Position numbers and translations under genes: made by a program. Shown here one piece after another: positions 52,987-64,000 of a DNA stretch of 64,000 nucleotides; within the stretch, counting starts at the first letter, position 1, and each line of letters starts with the position of its first letter. Origin of the DNA: Novakomyces olei (Eukaryota); NCBI GenBank assembly GCA_016906335.1, contig JADEYG010000004.1:682001-746000 (forward strand), given 5' to 3'. The notes under the pieces were generated by a model, which saw nothing but the letters and a program-made list of their open reading frames with translations, ran no database searches and had not been told where the DNA came from.

Positions 52987-55901
52987 TTCAGGTTAAAACA
53001 TGCGCAATATATTATTTGCGTCTGCTCGAAGATATTATAGACTAATAGAAATAATGTGCTCGTATTAATAAGGACCATCCAGTACCGCGGTACGCGGTAG
53101 CAGTGTCTTGCCATTATATTATATTATTTGAAATAATCACTGTCGTTAATGGATAATTCTGTCTATACTTTACTTACTGAAATCTCCTCTAAATTCTACA
53201 TTGTCCCTCTACAAGATATATATAATATATATCCCTGACAGCCGCCTCTGAGCCTTGGGGGACCTTTAACATTCTTTTCTACAGTCAGATAGATAATATC
53301 AGCCGTTGGAACTTCAACATAACTTAAATAATTCAACAAAATGTACTGGGAAAAGCAGGAAAGTAATTAGAAAACTAAATAAAGCCAGCGTGTTATTTAC
53401 TGCAGCAAATGTATATCAAGCGCACAATTATGTACTATTGCAATATGAATATATAAATAAATAATAAATCCAAATCCAAATCCAAATCAATTGATTTCTC
53501 GTGACGGATCCGCGAGACTTTTGGCCCAAAGCCGTGCAAAGTCGCTCGTAGTCGACTTTTGCGCGGTATTTTCCCTCATACGTCAATGTTTTAAAAAGTA
53601 TTTTGCCTTTTTGTGCAACACAATAGAGAAGGCATTCCAATGTGGCGCGGGCAAAATGCGAACTTAGGGTTAAGGTGCTCTAGGGCTTGGCAAGATTGAA
53701 ATGTCTTTTCATCTAGCACTTCTCCGCCTTAATTACTGCATTATAGTTTGTTCTGGCTCTGGTTCTGGTTCTGGTTCTTTTTTTTTCATGTTTTTGATTA
53801 TGCTTCTATTTTTGCTTTTTATTGTTTTTGATCTCGGGAGTCAATGTTTTTTGCGCGCGCGAAAAATTATATTTGCAGTTTCACAAAGATTCAGTTTGAA
53901 CCTCATACACGTTATATCAGGCTTAGATTGAGCTTATCTAAATGCTTACTCTATGAAACATTACCTCTTCCTCGTAACTTATTGACTTGTTTTCTGTGTT
54001 CTCTTAATTTCAAACATTTTTTTCTCAATATTTTTATTTTCACGGCCATTTTTAATGTTCTAAATACTAGGCTTTCAACTCTATTTATTGCTAGTAATGT
54101 CCTTTTTCTGTTGTCACTTTCTTACTTTTGAAAGGTCTTGGTTTGACTGAGGTCCCGATTCAAACTCTCGGCCTGTATTTAGCCTTCTATAATGCTGTTT
54201 GCTAAAATTGGGCAATACTTCGCAACAGTCAGTCTTCGTGCTCCCTGGCTATATTTGAATTTGCAGAACGTTTTCAGACTTTTGAGAAAATTTTCAAAAT
54301 GAAATCTTAAGATGTTATGGTTATCAATATTTTACTTTAATCAGAAGGAAAGCTTTGTTTTTGTTGTAGCTTGCTGAATGCTCTGATATATTTTCATTGA
54401 CAATAACATACGGTTGACTTTCTGGATGTACATTGTATATGTCGTTTAGCATCGTTGTTGTAAAATCTCGATTCAACATATATATGCTTTGCTAATGGCT
54501 CTCGCGAAAGATAAGCGAAAATAATGTACTCATAGGCATTCAGAAATTGTTCTTTTTTGAAAGCCGTGATTTCAGAACACCAATGCAATTACTGCTGATT
54601 TGTAACCGAGATAGACGACGAAGTTGGCTTGCTTTTCACGCTCAAAGAATAGATTAGAAGGGTAATGGCTTGAGACTGCTTTCTAGTCCAGGTTGTTCTC
54701 TTTCTTTTGCCTTGTGTTATACCTTGCTGTAAGTGTTCTGGTTTTCTGCCGCCTGTGTGGGCTTTTTGGGATGCGTCCTTGGAACAAAGCGTAAATTCCA
54801 GCGGAACTTCTAGATTGTATGCTGCAAACGAACATTGAAGCAGTGCATGTGTCTACTGATTTGAGCAGCACTTTTAATAAGGGCGGCACTATGCAATGGA
54901 GAGGCCGTGCTGGCGTCGTCATTGACCTGGCCCAGGACGAGTACCTGTTTAGTCGTTGGGCTTCCAGGATTGCTACTTTTTGGCTAGATTACACAAAGCC
55001 CGTTATTTGCTTGAATGCGCTTGAAGATGTGCACTATGCGATCTATTGAGGCGCCTCGTACATGCGGAACGCTTTGGGGACTTCAGTTATGCATGCATGC
55101 ATGCTTGGCTCTTGATGTCGAGGCGAACCACGGAGCAACGGAAGGTAAGAAGGTGTTTACAATGTTAAGCCCGTGACGCGTGACGTAATTAATTGTATTG
55201 ACTGTTTATTTGATTATTTTGGGCAAAGACTTATTGTCGAGTACTAAGCAACAGGTGGACAGAGGCGGACAAACTTGATTATCGTATTTTGTGTTGCTAC
55301 TTTTTGGACAGCAGTAATATAGAAAGATGTGTTGAAATCAAATCTATCATATAGCGACGATATATGTGTCCAACAGACGGGAATTTGCCCGCCTTATTGT
55401 CTTTTGGAGGCCTGCTACTTCGTGCCATCTGCATCATCCACAGACAATGAAGTCCGAATTGGCCCGGCCCCCAGCGTAACTTAGGCAGATGGTACTTGGC
55501 AGAAAAGTATGGTTTAGGGCTTATGACGCTTATACGGTAGCGTTGCTATGACGACTGAAACGGGAAACGTATTCTTGAAAACCGCGTTATCCACCACGTA
55601 TGTGTCAAGGGTTTTCTTTCTGGCGTAAAATATATAAAGCGGCTGCTTCGCGTACTTCTTCCTGACCAAAAACAAAGCAGAGGGCCACAATAACCTCGAG
55701 TTATCACGACTCTTAGAGGGCGTTTCACAGCATGACGCGTCTATAAAACGCTTTCAATATCTTTCTTTCTACTTCAGGTCTTTAATTCACGGCTGTGTGT
55801 TAAAGACGACTTCTGAACGCGTTTTTTTTCTTTTTCTTTCACTATTTTACGCGTTGATCACTTTGAATGTTCTTTACCTTATGGCCTCTTTTTCATTTTA
55901 T

Positions 55902-58900
55902 CTCAAATTGTCGGGCGTTCAATTAGTTTGATCAGTGCTCTATATGATGCTGTGTATTTCATGCTAGTTTCACCTCCATAGCCTCACGTGACCGCGTTTT
56001 GTCTGCTTATTTCATGTTTTCACCTTACCGTCGGTGACTCTGTGATGCTTGATTACATGAAAACTTGAGACACTGGGCTCCTTGAAATCGCTGTTATGAG
56101 ACTGCTTTGCTACTAGTTGCTTAATAGTTTTGTTTGCTTGTTTCTCGTTTCTTTGATCGGATCTGTGCTCTCTATGATGCTGTGTATCTAAATCATGCTA
56201 GTTTCACCTTCATAGCCTCACGTGACCGCGTTTTGTCTTCTTAGTTCATGTTTTCAACCTTACCGTGACTCTATGATGCTTGCTTACATGAAAATTGGAG
56301 AAACTGGGCTCCTTTGAAACGCTGTTATGAGTCTGCTTTGCTATTGGTTGCTTGATTTGCTTGCTTGGTTTTTAACGCTTTGTCAATTTGTGGCTTGACC
56401 AAAGCCAACCGAGCTGATAAATGGTGTATTGTGCCATGATATGCTGGTTTTCTTTCTTTCTTTCTCTCTTTCTTTCTTTTGTCTTTTAAGAACACCAAAA
56501 GGTTTGGGTCAAGGATGGTTTTTATCAGGTTCATGCGAATGGTGGCTTTGATGCCATTGCATTGCAACGACCAAAACGGTATGTTTCCTATAAATAACAA
56601 AAAGTAGAAGAAAAAACAAAAAGCAACGAATGTCTGAATAAAAAAACAAGCCGAAAAGGCAAAACACAAAAATCAACATAACAATATAACAATATAAAGA
56701 AAAAAACAAGAAAGCCAAAAAAGCAAAGAAGCGAAAAAGCGAAAAAGCAAAAAAGCAATAGAGTAAAAAAAGCATAAAAGCAAAGGAGCAAAAAAGAAGA
56801 TGAGCAAAAAAGAAGATGAGCAAAAAAGCAAAGGAGCAAAAAAGCAGATGAGCAGATGAGCAAAAACGCAGATGAGCAGATGAGCAAAAACGCAAAAAAG
56901 CAAATAAGCAAATAAGCAAAAGAGCAAAGGAGCAAAAAAGCAGATGAGCAAAAAAGCAGATGAGCAAAAATAAGAACTAAAACTAAAGGGAACAGGGGGA
57001 CAAAAACACAAAGAACCAAAATGAAATTGCAAGGAAAGAAGCCGAAGAGCAAAAAAGCAAAGCGAAAAAGCAATAGAGTGAAAAAAGTAAAAAGCAAAAA
57101 AGAAAATAAGAAAAGAAGCAAAAAGCAGATGAGCAGAAAAGCAGATGAGCAGATGAGCAAAAAAGCAAAGCGAAAAAGCAATAGAGTAAAAAAAGTAAAA
57201 AGCATAAAAGAAAAGAAGCAAAAAAATAAAAACGCAAAACAAAAAACTAAAAAACTAAAAACTAGAAAACAAAGAAGAACACACAAAAACAAAACAAAAT
57301 CAACAAAATCAACAAAAAAAAATAAAAAGAAACCAGATTGTCTGAATAACAAAACAAAACCAAAACGCAAAAGTAATAACAAACAACCCAACAAAAAAAA
57401 ACTCAAATTGTCGGGCGTTCCTTTAGTTTGATCAGTATCTATATGATGCTGTGTATTTCATGCTTCATAGCCTCACGTGACCGCGTTTTGGCTGCTTAGC
57501 TCATGTTTTCGACCTTACCGTGACTCTATGATGCTTGCTTACATGAAATCTTGAGACTCTGGGCTCCTTGAAATCGCTGTTATGAGTCTGCTCTGCTATT
57601 GGTTGCTTGGTTTGCTTGTTGGTTTTTGTCGCTTTGTCGATTTGTGGCTTGACCAAAGCCAACCGAGCTGATAAATGGTGTATTGTGACATGATATGCTG
57701 GTTTTCTTTCTTTCTCTCTTTCTTTCTTTCTTTTGTCTTTTAAGAACACCAAAAGGTTTGGGTCAAGGATGGTTTTTATCAGGTTCATGCGAATGGTGGC
57801 TTTGATGCCATTGCCTTGCAGCGACCAAAACGGTATGTTTCCTATGAGTAACAAAAAATAGAAGAAAAAACAAAAAGCAACGAATGTCTGAATAAAAAAA
57901 AACAAGCCGAAAAGGCAAAACCCAAAAACACAAAGAAAAAAAAAGAAAACAAAAAAAAACAATATAAACAAAAAAACCAAAAAACCAAAAAAGAAAAAAG
58001 AAAAAAAAAGCAAAAAAAGCAAAAAACCAAAAAACCAAAAAACCAAAATACCAAAATACCAAAATACCAAAATACCAAAAAAGAAAAAAGAAAAAACCGC
58101 AAAAAAAGCAAAAACAAAAAACCAAAAAAACAAAAAAACAAAAAAACAAAAAAACAAAAAAACAAAAAAACAAAAAACAAAAAAACAAAAAAACAAAAAA
58201 ACAAAAAAACAAAAAACAAAAAAACAAAAAACCAAAAAAACAAAAAAGCCCAACGAAAACAAAAATCTTTCTGATTAATGAAACTAAAATAAACTTAAAC
58301 ACAAAAAATAATAAAAAAATAAAAAAAACAAATGTCTGAATAACAAACCCAAAAACAAAAGCGGGTCTGTTTTTACGAGAACAAAAACAAAAACAAAACT
58401 GAATGTCTGGTTTACAAATCAAAACAAACCCTAAAAATAAACAAAAATAAACAAAATAGGAAAAAGGAAAAAGAAAAGCAACAAAAAGCAACGATTGTCT
58501 GTCTGATTTTACAAAAAAAAGAACTGAATGTCTGAATTACCAAAACAAAAGCACCAAGAGGTTTTGTTTGACAAATTGTTTTTTCGAGATCATGCGGATG
58601 CTCGGCTTCGATGCCATTGTCGTTTCACGCGGCGAAATTGGTATGTTTCTTTTTTTAATAACAAGACAAAAAAAAGGATAATGCCTGTAGAAAAAAGACG
58701 AAAATCACGCACATCGGGAGACAACAAAACAATTACTTCAACGAAATTCGAAAACAAATTCAGCCAAAATGCACTTCATAAAGGTGCATTTTTGTTTCTC
58801 TGTCGTTGTGTGTGTGTGTTGTTTTTTTGTTTTTTTGTTTTTTTGTTTTTTTTGTTTTTTTTTTTGTTTTTTTTTTGTTTCGAGTTCTTATTTTACCTTT

Positions 58901-60514
58901 TAAGGTTTGTTCTTTTTTTAAATCCCATGCTTCTAGCCTTGTGTATGTGGTACGTTTAGCTGTGTTTATTTTGTTTTGAATTTTTCTCTACAAGGTAGGT
59001 CAGCGGTGATATTTGTCGATCGTCGCTGGCCGGGGGAGTGTTGTAACCAAACACCCCTCTCACTAGAAAAGTTGCAAACTGGCCAACTTTTCTGGAGAGA
59101 GCGATTTTTGGTTTCTCTGATGACACTAAAAACTAGAAATCGTTAGAAATAATGGTTTTTCTATGTTTTTTCTTGTGCTTGTTTATTTGGTTTGCTCTTG
59201 TATTTCTATTTCTAAAATGAGGCTTTGAAAGATATTGTACAAGCTGAGCCAAATTCAGATATCGAAAAATACAAAAATACAAAAATACAAAAATACAAAA
59301 ATACAAAAATACAAAAATACAAAAATACAAAAATACAAAAATACAAAAATACAAAAATACAAAAATACAAAAATACAAAAATACAAAAATACAAAAATAC
59401 AAAAATACAAAAATACAAAAATACAAAAATACAAAAATACAAAAATACAAAAATACAAAAATACAAAAATACAAAAATACAAAAATACAAAAATACAAAA
59501 AAAAAAATACAAAAATACAAAAATACAAAAATACAAAAATACAAAAATACAAAAATACAAAAATACAAAAATACAAAAATACAAAAATACAAAAATACAA
59601 AAATACAAAAATACAAAAATACAAAAATACAAAAATACAAAAATACAAAAATACAAAAATACAAAAATACAAAAATACAAAAATACAAAAATACAAAAAT
59701 ACAAAAATACAAAAATACAAAAATACAAAAATACAAAAATACAAAAATACAAAAATACAAAAATTCAAAAATTCAAAAAATCAACAAATTGCTCACTCGT
59801 GATCATGCGGATGCTTGGGTTTGATGCTTAAAGGCGGCGAAATGGGCATATTTCTTTTTTTTTTAAATAAACGACGAATAAAAAAAGATAATGCCTGTAG
59901 AAAAAAGACAAAAATCCCACACATCAAAAGACAACAAAAACAATTACTTCAACGAAATTCAAAAACAAATTCAGGCAAACTACAGTTCATAAAAACGCAA
60001 CTTTTTCTCTGGCGTTGTGTTGTTATTTTTTTTTTTTTTATTATTTTTTTTTTAATTTTTTTTTTTTTTTTTTGGTTTCAGTTCTTTTTTTACTTCCGAA
60101 GATTTGCTCTTTTTTAAATTCCATGCTTCTAGCCTTGTGCATGTGGTACTTTCATCTGTGTTTTGATTTTGTCTTTTGTTTTGGATTTTTCTTCACGATT
60201 TTGTTTCTATGTTGATTTGTTTCTTTTAAATATACAAGGTAGGTCAGCGGCGACATTTGTCGATCATCGCTGGCAGGGGAGTGTTGTGACCAAACACCCC
60301 TCTCACTAGAAAAGTTGCAAACTGGCCAACTTTTCTGGAGAGAGCGATTTTTGATTTCTCTGATGACACTAAAAAGCTATGGATCGTTAGAAATAATGGT
60401 TTTTTTATGTTTCTTCTTGTGCTAGTTTATTTGGTTTGCTCTTATATTTCTGTTTCTAAAATGAGGCTTTGAAACAAAGATATTAGTACAAGCTGAGCCA
60501 AATTCAGATATCGA
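55902..60514 (+). repeat. Tandem segmental duplications separated by A-rich low-complexity tracts
   Basis: Unit X at ~55902, ~56153 and ~57402. Unit Y follows X at ~56377-56672 and ~57631-57930. Unit Z+W lies at ~58570-59264 and ~59784-60514. Confidence 0.9.
59265..59762. repeat. (AAAAATAC)n 8-bp tandem array, about 60 copies
   Basis: Direct inspection; one A-run interruption near 59500. Confidence 0.98.
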
Positions 60515-61507
60515 TGGATATCCAGAAGACAGAAGGCGAAACTAAAAGCATTGTCTGCTCGCTTGTTACTCTGCGCTTGTTAATCTGCGATTTTGGTCCT
60601 CTTGAAAATGAAAATTTATCATAACCGAACAATGAATGCTATTTTTGGCAACGTTGCTGCTTTTGCTAAAGAGTCATATGATTCAGAGTGAAGATTTTTT
60701 CGCAATCCCGTTCTTTTATACATTATACAAAAATAAAATAAAAAATAAACTCGGCTTCAATGATTATTGTTGGTGTTCGATATATATTCAATCTACAATT
60801 GAGTATTTTCAACGCCAGCAAAGACAAGAAAGAGCCTTGTACTTTTTAAAGGACCCCGTATGGGTGAGAGGCAACGCCAACATATCTGTTGAAATATGAA
60901 CCTATTAAACCCTCATACTGCTTTCGTTTATCTTTTCCAAATTCAGACACATCGGGTATATTAGAGAAGAATGCACATGATGATTTATGTCATATTGCTG
61001 CTGGCTGGCTTGAAGATCGATGCACATGATGTGTGGCATAAGCCGGGACCAAAACATGCTTGAAAATAATTGATGGTAAGAGGTCTATTTGCCTGATATA
61101 TTTGGGTTTCAGGCACGTTAAATTAATAGAGCCTTCGAGAATATTAAGACTGAAAAATCAAGGTGTTTCAGTTCAACAATGAGATTTGATACGATGCTAT
61201 GAATGCTTCGTGAAGGGATATGCTGTTTTTAGGGTGCGCGGTTTTTAAAATTTATTTTAATTTTTATTCTAGGCTTGTCAATCTACGAAACATATCATCA
61301 ACTATGGGTATCAAATGAGATAATTGAAAATTATAAGCTGCGATGTTCTTGATGGTGATGGACAGAATTATTTTGGTCTTAGTCGCCTGATAGATCAGAG
61401 ATATCTTGTGGACAGTTTTAACTTATCACCTTATTCAACTCTGTTCGCATACGCTTGCGTGGATAGTTTCACAGGTCTCTTGTGTTTGTTTGATGGTCTG
61501 TTTCGAG

Positions 61508-63910
61508 TTAATAAAAATACCCATTCTCCTGCATGACTTCCCGAAATATACGTCGACAAGGAATCCGCGCTCGCAGCCGAGCGCAAAGCAGAAAATGTCC
61601 ACTTAATTTTCGATGCAGCGAATATGTTTCTTCCGGAGGCGGTGCAATACGCAGACGCAGCATTGTCGGAATAAGTGCCTTTACACGTTCAGTGATAGTC
61701 TGTCCTGCAAAGTCGTATAATTCAGGGGCATCATGTCGAAAAGGTTCGCCCAAAGTCATGATAGATTGAACATGTGCATTAACCATAGCCTTTAATTTGT
61801 TGCATTAGTTTTAATTGCGAAAAATACCCAATTTTACTTACAATACTCTCTCCGCCAGTCAAGTAACCCAATTGTAACGAGTAATCTCGTACCGCTTCCA
61901 CATCACTACGTGCCGCTGCCAATAGCACACCAATATAATTTTCAATAAATTCAGGGTTGAACGCACGCGCGGCTCCAAAATCAAGTAAATTAATCTATTG
62001 TTAGTTGCAGACAACCACATTAAATCTTACCCTGTTATTTTTATTGTCGTAGAGAAAATTAGTCCAATTGGGATCGGTCTGCATGAATTTGAATTCTATT
62101 ATTTCCCTAAGACAAAGACGCATAAGATTCCCACCAATCTGTTTGTCAGTATTATTCTTAACAATTAAAGCAAATGCAAACAGACTTTATTAATATACTC
62201 TTCTGAAAATAGTAAATAACAAACAATAATTAAAATGAATTTGAACTTTAAGATTTGCAAATTTGAATACACCGCAGACAAAGAGGCGTAGCAAATAATG
62301 AATAATAAGTTTACAAATAGTTTATAAAAATAAAATCAAATATTCTTATAAAGCATAGACAAAGAAAGAACAAATAATTAAATCAAACGGGCACAGGCAT
62401 GAATAAAAAATCAAAGGATTAAATAAATAAAATCTCTCACCCAGTCACGCTCCGCCTGACTAGCATGCTCTAGTTTGCCGACATCAATACCATTGGCCCA
62501 GTCCATGCAAAGAACCTGCGGCCCTGATGCCTGCCTGTGGACAATAGGAACATGAAAATGGGTATCATTAGACAATAGTTGCCGATAACGATCGGCACTT
62601 TCAGCCTCACGGACATAATCCGTTTCGTGTCGCAATTCTACTCGAGCTGAAGCAATTGTGCGATCCAGAAAAAGCCCACGAGGTAAAACACGTGCGGCCG
62701 TGAGCAAAAGACCCAAGTTATCCAAATCTGCATCTATAGAATTGGCCACACCTGGATACTGCACTTTTACAGCTACCAAAGTTCCGTCCAAAAGTCGTGC
62801 ACGGTGGACTTGGCCGATGGAAGCAGCGGCTACTGGGACACTGTCAAAATCTTCAAAAATACCGTCTCTCCAATCGGCTCCCAGGTTTGCCCGCATAACC
62901 TGCTCAAGCTGCCACGCCGGCATGTAATGTGCCGAGTCCTGTACCCGAGAGAGCACCTGTTGAATTGCTGGTGGAAGCACCTTGGCATCTTGAAAACTGA
63001 TCATTTGACCCAATTTAAGAGCAGCTCCCCTCATACGTGACAACTTATCCACCAAGCGATCCATATTGCGTCCACTCATAAATACACTGCCCACAGGTTG
63101 ATTGTTTCCTCCTTGGTGTCCTTCGCCGAAAGCCGCACGCCGAACAGACTCGGAGATGGCTCCCGCTCCGAGGCCGACAGCCAATCCACCATAATGCCAA
63201 AGTCGTGAAAATCGGGATGCCGGTACTTTAGACGATGAAATTAAAGGTTTTCGCAGCGGTTCATTAGGATCTGTCTCTGATAAATGAGTGCTCTCTGTGG
63301 AAGGAGGATTGTCATCAAGTGCTGTCGGGTTCAGTGTTGCTGTGCTTTGTAAAGAACCATTTTCCGTACTGCCAATGCTTTCGGGTCGCGGTAATCTGCT
63401 ATCATGTGGAATAAAAGTGGCATCATTAGATGGGCCGTTTGGTGTATTTGAATTATTATCTAAAATTTCGTTTAAACCGTCCGGGTTTGTTGGCTTTGCC
63501 AGTCCGGCTTTTTCAACTTCGCATTTTTCGCCCGCCTCAACAGCAGATTTATCCAATTGCACCGGATCCTGTTGTATTTGCACAGACCCTTCTGTGTCTA
63601 ATGACACCGTTTCCGGAGCCGATGTTAAAGGAGAGGGCGAAAAAGATGTTGTTGGTGTCGCATCGGCGCCAGCACGATTAGAAGCAATATCTTTGTTGCC
63701 TGCTATGGATTCAATATTTGCGTTATGTGTGCGTGGCCGTGATTCTTGCTGCTTTGCAGCACTGTAATTCTCGCAGCTTTGCTTTGCTATTTTGTACACT
63801 GTCGATTGTGATCCACGTACGGCTGCATTGTCTGCAGAAATTGCGGCTGCACGCGCAATTACCGCTCCAGCGGCCGCCGCTACTCGCACCAGATCGTACA
63901 CCCTACTCAT
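61508..63910 (-). CDS. COQ8: ABC1/COQ8 atypical kinase, multi-exon
   Basis: [61 protein letters not shown] and [15 protein letters not shown]. Confidence 0.95.
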
Positions 63911-64000
63911 GCGCTTTTGTCGCTTTACGTACAATCGCTAAATTTAATAAAATGGCATCCAATATGCGCACGGACCCCGTGAGTATATTTGTAGCTCGTT

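Noticed and set aside
55984-57482. TCACGTGAC (CDEI/Cbf1-like) in three copies as a point centromere
   Set aside because: The copies come from duplication of unit X, and no CDEII/CDEIII arrangement follows.
59117-59150. Hammerhead ribozyme core CTGATGA...GAAA
   Set aside because: No stem II can form between the motifs, and the flanking stems do not fit.
56325-60215. Long Phe/Leu/Cys- or Lys-rich ORFs
   Set aside because: These are translations of low-complexity satellites open in several frames.

Overview
Eukaryotic (fungal, ascomycete) DNA with short GT-AG introns and CTAAY branch sites. Protein similarity to fission-yeast orthologues suggests Taphrinomycotina (inference). The left arm (1-10.2 kb) holds MCM5, an ELO elongase, COX6, VPS54 and THI20. 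The right arm (39.8-53 kb and 61.5-64 kb) holds a NIF3/YqfO-like protein, a PhoD-like phosphatase, PKC1, DNA polymerase kappa, a POM34-like nucleoporin, an OMS1-like methyltransferase and COQ8. Between them lies a ~28 kb island with no recognisable host genes, made of nested LTR retrotransposons whose insertions can be resolved by 5-bp TSDs (four levels deep). The best find is an intact, young Ty3/gypsy chromovirus (21904-28862). It carries an extra antisense ORF encoding a Zn(II)2Cys6-pattern zinc cluster plus a coiled coil, a candidate element-encoded transcription regulator. It also has a Tf1-type self-priming PBS and a -1 frameshift signal (slippery site plus pseudoknot). The Ty1/copia families show TA...CA LTR ends and PBSs matching tRNA anticodon arms (Lys-CUU, Asn-GUU). 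An 8 kb intergenic stretch (53-61 kb) contains a telomerase-RNA-like candidate and tandemly duplicated decayed exons separated by A-rich satellite expansions. All calls were made by eye; no database searches or folding programs were run.
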